In this document: piece after piece, positions 50,620 to 62,430 of the stretch
Layout: every line of letters starts with the position of its first letter
Numbering within the stretch: position 1 is the stretch's first letter
Translations under genes and position numbers: made by a program
Assembly (NCBI GenBank): GCA_013239625.1
Contig: MU055770.1
Span: forward strand, 5,393,976-5,457,975
Reading direction: 5' to 3'
From: Lama guanicoe
Lineage: Eukaryota
Length of the DNA stretch: 64,000 nt
Notes under the pieces: generated by a model
The model's input: the letters and a program-made list of their open reading frames with translations, nothing else
Told to the model about the DNA's origin: nothing
Databases searched by the model: none

Positions 50620-50945
50620 AAAGTTATAAAACAGAAACCTCAATAGAGTCAGGAGACCAGAATGGGGAGCTCTCACACCCTGAGATATAGTGGAGTCCAA
50701 CAGGAAGAAGAAAGACTTCTTTCCTGGCAAGGGCTCCGTCAAGGAAAGACATGGACTCTTTGTTTACTAAACCGCCTCCCCACAATCTTCCTTTTCCTAT
50801 GAAAGTGTTCCTCTTCACTTGTCCTACAGGGACTTGTACATGGCACACCATGGTTACAGACCCTGAAATGCAATTCTCTGCTGATCCCAAATAAACCCAT
50901 CTTGGCCAGAGAAATACCTGGCAGTCTATTTATTTCAGGTCAACA
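50620..50945 (+). mobile_element. Solo LTR (ungulate MER41-like) in ART4 intron 1
   Basis: aaacagaaacctcaatagagtcaggagaccagaa...ctgctgatcccaaataaacccat...gaaatacctggcagtctatttatttcaggtcaaca; AATAAA about 50 nt before the terminal CA. Confidence 0.75.
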
Positions 50946-50998
50946 AGATTCACCATCTGATTTGAAAAACTAAAATCAAGATTCTTCCTTCCTTATAG

Positions 50999-51707
50999 GT
51001 TGCAGTTAAAATCGACTTTGACTTGGCACCAAATTCCTTTGATGATCAGTACCAAGGCTGCAAGCAACAGGTCATGGACGAGCTGATTCAAGGGGATTAT
51101 TTCACAAAAGAACTAGAAGCCCGTCGGGATTACCGCAAGGTCTGGCAGTTCACCCATGTAACCTGGTTGAACCAAGCAAAAGCTCTCCCCAAGAACATGA
51201 CTACTGCACATGCCTTGGCCATCTTGGTTTATTCATCCAACAACACCGTTCGCTCAGACTTCGCTAGCGCCATGGCCAGTGCTGCTGGGTCTCCCCAGCA
51301 ATATGAACACTCATTCCATTTCAAATATCTACACTACTACCTGACCTCGGCAATCCAGCTGCTGAGGAACGAGACTGTTAGGAGGAATGACCCCCTGTGT
51401 TATGAGGTGCATCACGAGATGAAGGATGTCTACTTAGAAGCCCACAGAGGTGCCACCATTCGATTTGGCCAGTTCCTCTCCACCTCCCTCCTAAGAGAAG
51501 AGGCACAGAAGTCTGGGAACCAAACGTTATTTACCATATTAACCTGCCTGGGTGCACCTGTACAAGATGTCTCTCTCAAGAAGGAGGTCCTGATCCCTCC
51601 CTATGAGTTGTTTAAAGTTATAAATACAAGCTACCACCCAAGAGGAAACTGGTTGCAACTGCAGTCAACTGGGAACCTGAGCACGTATAACTGCCAGCTG
51701 CTGAAAG
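50999..51707 (+). CDS. ART4: ART4 exon 2 (ecto-ART domain)
   Basis: ttatag|GTT GCA GTT AAA ATC GAC...CTG AAA G|gtatta; 709 nt open frame with APNSFDDQYQGC, FHFKYLHYYLTSAIQLL, IRFGQFLSTS, KKEVLIPPYELF, STYNCQLLK. Confidence 0.98.
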
Positions 51708-52099
51708 GTATTATTATTAACCCAAATTGAATCCACTGTTACCAGGGTCACAGACCGCTATTCTTTTATAAAAGTTATTTTTCTGAGTGGACTGGCTGGG
51801 GGGAAGGCCAAAAACATGGATATTAGCCTTCAGTAATGGTGGAACTGGCAGAATAGAGAACACCCGCCTTATTTCTTGAATTCCCCTCTCTTCTTTCTCC
51901 TCACCTGCCTCCAGGAAAACGTGTCTCTGCACTGGCACTCATCTATGGGGCATTCTAGACAAATACGGTATCTCTACTGGAGAAGATAGGGAATAAAACA
52001 TAGCATTTAACCTTCTCCCTCAAATCCTTTTTCTGTCATGGTCATTTCATGAGCAAGGAGTGCTAAAAGCAAAGCAGGAGATGTGATTTACTCATTCAC

Positions 52100-52720
52100 G
52101 CCTACCTATTAACCCTTTTTTCTATGTTCTGGAAAATGGGATGTAAGGGCCCAGGCGACACAGAATAAAGCAAAATCACTATTCTAGGATGATTTTTAGT
52201 CTCATGAGAAGTGGAAATACAAACTAATGTCTACATCCAAAAGTACTAAGTAATACGCCAGATGTTTAAGCAGCAGTTGTGGTGGCCCAGGGCAGGAAGC
52301 TAGCCACTCATCCTCTCTGGGGGAAGGGAGAAGGCTTCCCAATAGGGGACCACATGGGACTGGAAGTAGGAATGAGAGTTCGCAGTGAAAGAAGAGAGAA
52401 AAAGTCATTTCAAGCAGAAAAAGCACATGCTGAATCAGAGATTTCAAATAGCCTGGTGTTTTCAGGGAAACTCCGAAATTCTGGATGACTGGAGGGTAGG
52501 ATGTATAGGACAGGGAGAGACTAGGAGTAGAGAGGGAGAGGAGACTGACTGAGGCTGGAGAGTTCTGATGGGGCCAGGCTGTAAAAATTCTTGTATTCCA
52601 TACTGAGGATTTTCGAGCTTCATGCTGTAAGTAGTAAGAAATCCTTAGTTTGTAAGGTAGAGCATCAGTCAGATCAGCATTTAGCAAGGGCTCTTGCTAC
52701 TGTGGAAAATGAACTGAAGC
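52100..52720 (-). mobile_element. L2 fragment
   Basis: atgactggagggtagg...actgaggctggagag...gggccaggctgta...gaggattttcgagcttcat...gtcagatcagcatttag. Confidence 0.55.
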
Positions 52721-53849
52721 AGGAGAAATTAGAGATATCACAATACAAAAAAAAATGCTAAATTCCTTTTAAGAAAAACACATAAGTGATCCCATTTTAG
52801 CCTTACATGTTGCCAGCCAGTCACTTGACAGAGCAAATGCTGTCCAAATGCTGTAGTAACTGCTGCGCCTTGTTTGATTCAGAAGCAGAAGGAAGAAGAC
52901 CTTCCTTATCCACATGTGCATTAGTTCACACTGACAGTTGACTGCAATCCAGCTCAAGAGTCTAACTTTGAAACATCCGTGGATCTTTCTCTACTCCATC
53001 TTCATTACCAGTGTTAATCATTCAGGCTGTCATCATTTCTCAACACGTCAGGGCTAAAGCGTTGCAAAGGTCCTCAAACTGGCATCCACCCTGCAGTTTA
53101 AGTCCTGCTCACCCTGGCCTATCAGTAAACACAGACTCAGGGAGAGGTGACCCGTACTTTTATCTCCTCTCTCCTCCCCTTGACAGAGGGGCAGGCAGCA
53201 ATTATGAATGAAATGTGTGTATCTCTTCAGACCCCAAAGATCAGTGTTTATAGAGAAGAATGAAAACTAGAGTAAAATGTGAACAAAACAGTGAGCTTTT
53301 GATAATAATGATAATATGCACACTCCACACTCAGATTCCAGGATTCTTTGGAACCGCATCTGCCGAGGACACCGTTGCTTCATTCTCATGATGGATCTGA
53401 GTTGGGTAATATTTATCCTAGGTTAATGAGCACAGTAAAATACACTAGAGAAAAAATCATTGACTATTTATGTCAAGGAGGAGGAGACGGGAGAGGAATA
53501 TATAACAGAAACCATTTTCCACGCTCTAGCACTCTGCAAGTCCCAAAGAAACACAGGGACTCTTTCTTCAAGACCCTTCTCCCTCCCCAAATTAGTGACC
53601 TTTGCTCTCCTGTGGTGAAACTACTCAAACACAGCTTTAACTTGGTTTTGAGTTAGGGCTTATCTGTGATAGCCATGAGTATTACTAGATTATGGAAATT
53701 TGGTTGGTCTTGGGATATTTGAAATCAGAAATCAAACCTAAGGCACTCAATAGTCTTTCGCTCTGTAAGCTCTTGGTGGGCAGGGGCTTGGCTACATCTT
53801 GTTTAAGAGCCTGGCATGGAATCCAGGCAGTCTGACCCCAGACCCACCC

Positions 53850-54050
53850 TGTCTAGATTCATATGCAACGTGTACCACTTTTTAGCTGTGTTCTCAGTCA
53901 GACTGCTTAAACTCTTAACTTTCACCCTCGTAATGAGCAAAATGATAAGAGCCCCGTAGGGCTCTTGTGAAGGTTAGGTAAAATAAAATACTAAATTATT
54001 TCTACACTCCCTAGCATATAATAAATGGTAAATAAGTTTTGACTATTATT
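53850..54050 (+). mobile_element. MIR fragment in ART4 intron 2
   Basis: ccactttttagctgtg...ttgtgaaggtta...cctagcatata. Confidence 0.55.
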
Positions 54051-55779
54051 AACTTTAGTCCCCTGGCACACAGGGGGCATTCAATCTACAATGATTGAAT
54101 GAGTGAATGAATAAATGCCTCTAAAAGATCTGGGCCTTGGGTCTGATGACAACATAACTCAATTGACTAAAAAGAGTTCTAATATTTGCTATGAAGGGAA
54201 AATATTCTAGAAGATTCAGCCCCTAGTCAAGAGTAAGGAGCTGTCACCACAGTGTAAATGATCTAGAGTGTGGTCACTTGAGATGTGAGTTACCATATCT
54301 CAATTTTTCCTAGAAATTCATCACTGGGCAGTTTCGGGAAAAGAGATTATAAATGCAGAATAAAAGTACCACTGGTCTTGGAGGGTAATATTTTGGTCAG
54401 AGGCATTGTATGATAGGCCAAGAGCTGGAACTGGGGTGTCCTTCTAGCCAGCACAGCTATAAAGCTATCAGGAGAGTGAATGATGGAGAGTAAACTGAGC
54501 CTGCAGTGATGACTGCTGAAAGTTGCAGGGAAGCTGCTCCATCCTCTGGTTCCACCATCCCTCCCCCAGCCTCATAGGGAAGCCAACTGAGGGAAGCCTC
54601 AAGTCTGCCATTGGCTAGTTGTTGGCACAGACACTTCAGCTGAGGACAAAAAGACTATACAGTCTAGGAATGGACCAATATTCACCTATCTCTACCGGTT
54701 ACAAAAAAAAAAGAAAAAGTTTGATTGACTTCAGAATGCTTTCAGCTATTCAGTGCAGTGTTTCATTTTTCTCAGTAGGTAAGCTCTTTCCAAAATCTTT
54801 CTTGAGTCATTTCTATTAACTAGTAAGTAACATTGTACTTATTCCAACATCCTGGAGCAGCATTAGATTGGTCGACCCATACATGAACAATGGGAGCGGG
54901 GAGGTGGTGGGTTTTTCTTAACTGGGAGTCCTTCACTGGGAGGGAGTAAGATTAGTTGTCTCCCAGACCTGCTTTTCTAGACGGCTGCTATGGCCCACTT
55001 CACTCTTCCCACCCCACCACCTGGACTACACCACTAACCGCAGCCTCGGGGCTTCACAGACGGTGTGAATGAGTGAATGAATAAATGAAGCAGAACGGAT
55101 ATCTGATTTCTCATGAAACTGGAATCCTCTCCTTTCGATGTTTTCACAAGCAGGAGCCACAAGCGATTCTACGTCCCCCCGAATCCCCGTGAGGCAGTGA
55201 TTTATGTTTCCTCTCTGGTTCCCTCTTAATCTGACAGACGCAGTATGTGAAAAACAACAGGAAGAACTTTAAAACTGGTCAGCCAGGGCCCTGCATTCTC
55301 CCGATAAAAAGGCAGCAATTAGAGAGCAGAGCTTCCCCAGTCCTTCAGTGTATTTCAAAATTGCTTCCAACAACTTGTAACTGCAGTTCTCAAGTTCAAA
55401 GAATTCTCAGGAATGTGTCGCCTTCAGAGAGTCAAGGGGTCAAACTGGTAGCATAATACATTTAAGGGAGTGAATGTGCAAAAGAAATTTTCTTCTAATT
55501 CTTCTCTCACCCCTCCCATGACCTGTACTTGTTACCACAGAAACAGATGTTTTCACGCCCACTGGAAGACTCAAAATATGTTATGTGAGTTATCGGTCCT
55601 TAAATGTTGCTTTTTTCAGCAAAATAATCTGTGCCAAAAATCTGTAAACACACAAATACATGCTCTGTTCTGTGTCACTGGATTCACAAAGAAGAGGGGT
55701 TTATTTGTCAAAATGTTTCACATAATCAAAATTCTTAAGCATGTTTCCAGAAAAAATATAGTCAATTGTTTGTAGTGAG

Positions 55780-56010
55780 CCTGGTTTTACACGTTAATCT
55801 TGCCAGTTACTAGCAGTGAGAATACGGACAAACGGCTTCGTCTCTCTGTGCCTCAGTTTCTTTATATGTAGAATAGGAATAATTTTTTTTAAAAAAGTAA
55901 AACCTACCTTTATAAGATTCTGGTGAGGATAACATGAAGTAAGAGTAAAAAGCTCTTAGAATTGGATGTGACACATGTTAAATAAGTATCCAAAACTCTT
56001 CAGCTGCTAT
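55780..56010 (+). mobile_element. MIR SINE in ART4 intron 2
   Basis: tctctctgtgcctcagtttctttatatgtagaataggaataat...gtgaggat. Confidence 0.78.
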
Positions 56011-56959
56011 CATTGCTACCTTTATAGTTACCTGTTTTATTAACTTATCGTTTCCTGTCTTCTTTTACTCTGGGCTTCAGTTATCTCAGAGCAGTTTTCT
56101 CCATTGGTGGCATCACACTCACCTTGAGGTAGAGTGTCTGTCTCAGACAAATGGACAAAAGAATGGGTAATCGGATAAACCTGGGAGACCACATGGCATG
56201 ATGGGAAGAGCAGGGACGGTGGGGCCAGTGAGGGCTGGGCGCGTCCATAGCTCTGTGGCCTTGTGCAAATGACAACTCTCTTTCCTCATGTCTAACACAA
56301 GGGCAACACTTTCCTAGAAGAGATGTTGTGCTGGCACTTGGTATCCACCCTCTCAAACACAACTGAAAAACTCTGGGAAAGTACTTTGCACATGGAAGTG
56401 GGATAATAGTTAAATGGCACAAATGTCTGCTTCAGTAAAACTGACTATAAAAGGAAAAGACGGAAGAGATAACATCATTCTTTTAGGGCCAACTTTTTTC
56501 TAGATAACATTCTAAAAGATCAACACTCATCACTCAGAATTTTGACAGAGCAAGGCTCTAGATTGCATTTGCCACCAAATAATAGATTAACTAGATATAA
56601 AGCATGTCAGTTTTTCCTTTTTCTGCTTTTTTTCAAGAGATTGAATATTTCTTTCTGAACAGTCTGATATAATTCACAGATTCAGATTTCATGAGATAAA
56701 AGACATAATAATTATGCATTTCTTCCCAGACTGTGTACCTAAGGCAGACGTGATGAAATTTAGGTTTTAACACACCAATCAAATGGTATTTGTTTAGCAG
56801 TTTAGCTCACAAGACTGTCACACCCATTAGCTTTTAATTCGTACAAGCAACCTGTATATTGGGCTGTTGACCCCACTGTACAAGTCCAGGACAATTTTCT
56901 CTATAGGTTGCTTTCAGGAGATTTATTTTTCCCTTCAAAAATGTTACTGAGAACCTACA

Positions 56960-57205
56960 ATCTGTTTCAATCTTCTGTGACTCTGACTATTTACATTATA
57001 AACACACTTTGCATTCACATAAATACACATACACATACACAGATGCATATACAACAAGACAATAGTTGATCTTTTCACATGCATTGTAATGCTAGTGTTT
57101 TATATTTTAACCCATTATTACATTATTAAAGAGTGATGGCTATGACCTACTAAACTGATGTCACAAACCATTAATGGATCACAACTTCCAATTTGAAAAG
57201 TACTG
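56960..57205. mobile_element. hAT-Charlie-like non-autonomous DNA element
   Basis: atgacctactaaactgatgtcacaaaccattaatggatcacaac...tttgaaaagtactg terminus. Confidence 0.55.
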
Positions 57206-58466
57206 TACTAGGGGACAGAGGGAGTAAAAAGCATGGACTAGTCTAGAAGAAAAGTAAAGACAAACAACAAAAGTAAAATTAATGTGGGTTGTCTTCAAAT
57301 GAGAGACTGCAGTTAATTTAATTCACAGGTACTTTTCACTTATTCTCCTAAATATACTGCCTGTGTAAAAAAATACTAATATGAAGTAGAAATGATAATG
57401 ACCGTAAGAGAGGTGGAGAAAAACAAGAGAGGAAAGAAAAAATTACTTTAATCTAAGAAAATAAAATTAAAGTAAGCTATTTTTAATATTCTAGTTTTAT
57501 GGAGAGGGCTTCAGAGGTAGTTTTGAAGGATGAGTATGATTATAACATAGCAACGTCTCTGTGTTTGTCTCTTATTTGAACATTAGCACAATCACAATGA
57601 AGCAAAGTGGTAGCGGTGATAATGGCATTTCCAAAAACCTGGAGATGCTCTCATTTTTCAGGTGAGAAAACTGAGGCCCAATGAAGGTAACTGACATGAT
57701 CTAAGTCAAACATCTAGGGTAGAGCTTCAACACCAAAGCCAATCATCCCCCAAAACCATCATCTTTCTCTATTATACTGTTTCCATGTTAATCAATATTT
57801 TCTGATAACTCCTCAGTAGAATCTTACCCTATGAAAAAGTAAGGGGCTAGAGGTTTTTGTGATCTCTAGCCTCAGTGAAGAGAAAATAAAACAAAAAACA
57901 CTTAATAATCATTCCAATGAGTGACTTCCTAAAGTGGTGTTAATGGTCCCCAGGTCCCTGTAAGAATTTAGATAATACAATTTTAAAACAAACTTTGACA
58001 AAAGCTTGGAAATATGTATGCAATATTAATTTTTCTTACCTAAGAAAACTGAGGTTTTGAAAATTACTGTTAGTACATATAGAATTTCAAATAGAAATTT
58101 CAGGAAACTCAAGGGATTTTATACATTATGTGAAAGTAATGGGAAAAATATTTCTCCATCATCTGATGATCCTATCAAACAATATGTTCCAATATTGAGG
58201 CAATCACAGAGTTGAATGTCTTCCTACCCCAAATGTCTTTTCTATGCTAAATAATCAGTAAAGGCTGGTTGAAAAGGAGATTCCAGTCTTTAGAGCATTT
58301 TTAAAAAGGTTCCCATCTTGCATCTCATTCCAAAATCTCATCCCATTGTATTCCCAATTAGTAGTTACATCTAACAATAACTTTTTGTATTCTAGTTTTG
58401 CTTCCATCAGCCACACCTAATTAGCTGCTAACTTTTCCCCATGAAAAGTGCATACATGTAAGCAGT

Positions 58467-58506
58467 ACACACATACACACACACACATACACACACACAC
58501 ACACAC
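58467..58506. repeat. Interrupted (AC)n microsatellite in ART4 intron 2
   Basis: Read directly. Confidence 0.9.
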
Positions 58507-58589
58507 CCCCCAAGCAGGGGTGAATACTTTTTGCCCACTTTGTAATAAAAAAAAATTGATGAAAGGACATGCAATATATGGAGAGACAA

Positions 58590-58840
58590 TACAGTGGTTA
58601 AAAATATAGAGTTGAACCAGACTGCCTAAGTTTGATCACTGCCTACACTACATACCAGGTGTGTGATGTTTGACAAGTTTCTCCACATCTCTGTGTCACA
58701 GTTTTATTAAGTAAAAAGTGAGGCTAATGAGAATACTTCAAAGTTTAGTTTTGTTACGTGGATTAAATGAGTTAATTTATAGCAAGTGCTTAAAACAGAT
58801 CTTAGCAGAGAATAAACTTTTGATCAATGTTAGTTCTCAT
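58590..58840 (+). mobile_element. MIR SINE in ART4 intron 2
   Basis: cagtggttaaa...ccagactgcct...ctctgtgtcacagttt...ggattaaatgagttaat...aagtgctta. Confidence 0.8.
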
Positions 58841-59103
58841 AATGGTGATAAGATGATTATAATTAAGGTGAGGGTAACGGTAATGGGAACAATTCTGCTG
58901 CTGACGAAAATAAAGACAAAATCAGGAGCTCTGCTGGGCGACCTGAGGTAAACCCCTTAACCTCTCGGTGCTGGCTTCATCGACTGCAAAATAAGCAAGC
59001 TGAGTTCTGTGAGTTAGAAAAAAATCTAAGAGAAGACTTTTTTTGGAAAGCAGCTAGCTTCAGATATTTTTATTAGGAATTTTCTAAGTTACAAAAGTGA
59101 ATC

Positions 59104-59210
59104 TGGGGGAGGGTATAGCTCAGTGGTAGTGTGCATGCTTAGCATGCACAAGGTCCTGGGTTCAATCCCCTGTACCTCCATTAAAAAAAAAGAAAAGATC
59201 CAAAAAAAAA
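59104..59210 (+). mobile_element. tRNA-derived SINE (vic-1-like, short form) with 11-bp TSD
   Basis: ggggagggtatagctcagtggtag...gggttcaatcccc, poly-A; TSD AAAAGTGAATC at 59093-59103 and 59208-59218. Confidence 0.93.
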
Positions 59211-59299
59211 AGTGAATCAAAGGAGAAATAAGGTGTTTTAAAATAAATAACTCTGCTACCAAAAACATTGCTAACTTTCTTACATGTTTGTTTTCACAG

Positions 59300-59391
59300 C
59301 TTCCAGCAAAAAGTGCATCGCTACTCCCGCAGTTATTGCTTCCGTCTCCTTTTTGACCAGTGTCATCATCTCTTCCAAAGGTGGAGCATAA
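59300..59391 (+). CDS. ART4: ART4 exon 3 (GPI-anchor signal) to stop codon
   Basis: ttcacag|CT TCC AGC AAA AAG TGC...GCA TAA; ASSKKCIATPAVIASVSFLTSVIISSKGGA*; phase 1 matches exon 2; branch-like gctaac at 59270. Confidence 0.95.
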
Positions 59392-59559
59392 AGAAGGCTT
59401 GTGGGTTTTGCCTTCCCTGTCCCCTTTTGCTTTCTTCCAGTCCAAGCACCCTGACTACCCGTGGGGAATCCTTCTGCACACCTATCAATTGATGCAGACC
59501 TGGCTCAGCCCACTGCCTATGAGTAACTTCTCCATGGACACAGAGATTTATGTTGGAAT

Positions 59560-59923
59560 AGAAAAGTGATCCAGTCAGAGCCTGTGAGATACAAGCAGGG
59601 TACTTTATGGGACTGGGCTGGGAGGACATGGGAGCCATTTTTTTGAGTGAAGATTAGTGAAAGCAGAGTATGAGCCTAGAATCGCCAGTGGCTGCCTTGC
59701 TACCAAGAAGAGAGAACCTGCCTCCCTGAGAATGCAGCTAACACAATGAAAAAAGAGCTGAGAAATGAAAAGAAAGTGAAAACTGATGAAAGTGTCTGAG
59801 CCCCTAGATCCAGCTGTGCCTGAAACTGCTTTTCATTTCATAAATCAATAAATCGTATTTTTGCTTATATAATTTGAATTAAAATTTCTATTTCATGCAG
59901 TCGAAGGAGTTATGATGAATACA
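59560..59923 (+). mobile_element. MaLR MLT1-like LTR in the ART4 3' UTR region
   Basis: ctgagaatgcagctaacac...tgagcccctagatccagctgtgcctgaa...caataaat...tttgctta...gaataca. Confidence 0.8.
59847..59852 (+). terminator. Candidate ART4 polyadenylation signal inside an MLT1-like LTR
   Basis: First canonical AATAAA I found downstream of the ART4 stop codon. Confidence 0.5.
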
Positions 59924-60790
59924 AGGACTCTTTCACTTTTAATTTAGCGATCCTAAATATTAGGAACAAATCAGAGACCCTTGAGTTATAAAGCGATGGA
60001 CAAATTCTTCATCAAATGATAAAGCTTTGAGCCTCAGAGACATACTAAAGGTGTGAATAATCTTAATAGATTTTTGCCAGCATTCAAAACCAAACCATTG
60101 TAGTCTCAGGTGTAAGGAAACACGGAAACCCGAGAAATAGGTGGGACAGTTAATGAAAGATGTTAGGGGAATCTCATTCACTGCCAGTAATGGGGTGTGG
60201 CACACATGTTTCTTCCAAAATATTACAAAATTTAGAATTTAAACTCATATGTTAATTTACAGAATGCTTTATGGCAAATTGGACTTTAAGTCTTCATCAC
60301 AAATTTAAGTATGTTTGTTAGGAAAGCAAGTGGGTGTGTGTGGAGATAAAGGAGAAGGTAAGGGAATTACTAAGCAAATATTCAAATTACCACGCAAATA
60401 TCAAAGATATGAGTCCTCATTATGTGCAAACAATTAAGTAAAAAGAAGTATAAATCATCAACTTCACAGCTGGGCATGTCCTCCAACTCTTCTCTCAGGG
60501 AGGAGACAAGATAAGTGGGACAATGGGGGACTGCTTGACCTGATCTCCAAAGACCCTACTAATTGGGCTAAATGGAGTGAAGGTGAGAACTGGTGCCAAA
60601 CCTTTGAATTCTGAAAGTCCATGCTACTTAGCTCCTCTGAGACTTAGATAAGACGCAGCAAAATTGGAAATCAGCTCATCTAGCCCCAGTAGGATTTCCC
60701 CAAGGGCCTGGGTCATAACAGAAGAGGTTGAGTGAGGAATTAACGGCATCAACTCACCAGGTAGAGAATTCAGGCATCCAGTACTGTCAT

Positions 60791-61325
60791 TTTTTTTTCC
60801 CATCCCTCCCTCCCTCCCCCCCTTCCCCTTTGGAAACCATAAGTTGATTTGTTTTCTATGTCTTTGAGTCTGTTTCCCTTTTGTATCTAGATTCAGTTGT
60901 ATTACTTTTAGGTTCTACATATAAGTGATATCATATAGTATTTGTCTTTCTCTGTCTCACTTACTTCATGAAGTATAATATTCTCTAGATCCATCCATGT
61001 TGCTGCAAATGGCAATATTTCGTTCTTTTTATGGCTGAGTAATATTCCATTGTACACATATTTACCACATCTTCTTAAGCCAATAGTCTGCTGATGGGGA
61101 CTTGGGTTGTTTCCATGTCTGGGCTATTGTAAATAGTGCTACTATGAACACTGGAGTACATGTATCTTTTTGAATTAGAGTTTTTGTTTTTTCCAGATAT
61201 ATATAACCAGGAGTAGGATTGCTGGATCATGCAGTAGCTCTTTTTCAGTTTTTTAAGGAACCTCCCATATTGGTTTCCATAGTGGCTGCACCAATTTACA
61301 TCCCCACTGGCAGTGTAGGAGGTTC
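60791..61325 (-). mobile_element. 5'-truncated L1 (3' UTR and ORF2 end)
   Basis: ccatccatgttgctgcaaatggc...gtggctgcaccaatttacatcccc; 13-bp TSD CCAGTAYTRTCAT at 60778 and 61326 (2 mismatches). Confidence 0.92.
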
Positions 61326-61599
61326 CCAGTATTATCATCCTTTACATTGAGATTTTGAAATGAATAGGGTCTGTTACCTAGCTTACACTGGCATCTTCAC
61401 CCAATTAAGCAAACAAAATTTCCATAAACACATACAGTTTCCATGATTCATTGCCCAGAATCTTTGGCAGATTAGTGGCTATCTAGTAGAGAATCCTGAG
61501 GGCATGGCTTCAGGAACAAGCTTTGCAGTGAGCCTTGGTGAGGCAGTGGTGAAATGTGTTAGGAAAAGCCTCCTACATCTTGCTTATATATTTTTTTGG

Positions 61600-62280
61600 T
61601 GTTATACAAATGCATTTGTTGAGCCATACTATGTACAAAGCACTTTGAGATTCAAATTTGGATACACTAAGCCAGATCTTCAATAAGTTTACAATCTCTT
61701 AGAAGAAATAAAGAAAATAACACAAACAAGTCACAAAGGAAATATCAAAAGATAGAGGGAAATCAAGTCTTCTGTTCATGAGAGTTCAGAAGAGAGATTC
61801 CTTCTAACTGAGGTGAGAGAGGAAGCCAGGAAGGCTTCAAGTAGGAGGCAGCATTAGAGCAAGACCTTGGGACAATGGGATGGGAGCAAAGGGTAAGAGG
61901 AAGGAGAAAAAACAGGAAGCATGGGTGTGTATCAAGTGCTTAGTGCCAATAACAAGTATAAATAATAAGTGCTTGAAGTTTATAGAGAAAATCAGGATTC
62001 TTCTGGCCTCTAGTTGGGTACAGCTTTCTGTCAGAGACAAGACTTAGAGGAGGGTCTTCAGATGGGTAGAAAAGAGACAGCTGGGTAGAGAAGAAGGTGG
62101 GATACAGGATGATCACCGCATATGAGGATCAGAAAATAGGTCTGGCAAAGTGAAGGAGTAAAGTAACTGGAGAGGAAAGTTGAAGCCAGTTAAGTCAGTT
62201 AAGCCTAGAGAGTTAGCCTAATGCATTTGACATCCATGAGAAATCAGAGTTTTCTAAGTAAGACATTTTAAACTGTGATT
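61600..62280 (-). mobile_element. L2 fragments
   Basis: atgcatttgttgagccatactatgtacaaagcact...gtaggaggcagcattagagc. Confidence 0.55.
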
Positions 62281-62284
62281 TTTA

Positions 62285-62430
62285 CAGCATACTGCCAGCA
62301 CCACTAGCATCCGTATCCCTTAAGAGCCTGTTAGAAATGTGAATTCTAGGGCCTGACCCCAAATCTATGGAATCAGAAACCCAGAAATCTGTGTTTAATA
62401 AGCCCTCCAGACTTGTGATCTATGTGATTA
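62285..62430. mobile_element. MER5A-like hAT-Charlie element
   Basis: gagcctgttagaaatgtgaattctagggcctgacccc...gaatcagaaac...gaaatctgtgtttaataagccctccag. Confidence 0.75.

Noticed and set aside
51023-51730. Standalone 235-aa ORF
   Set aside because: It starts at TTG inside ART4 exon 2 and runs past the donor at 51708; it is part of a spliced gene.
52202-52687. 161-aa minus-strand ORF in ART4 intron 2
   Set aside because: Overlaps a degenerate L2; no recognisable protein.
59104-59180. tRNA gene (A and B boxes; also at 38693 and 63612)
   Set aside because: A-rich tails, TSDs on two copies and three diverged copies indicate SINEs.
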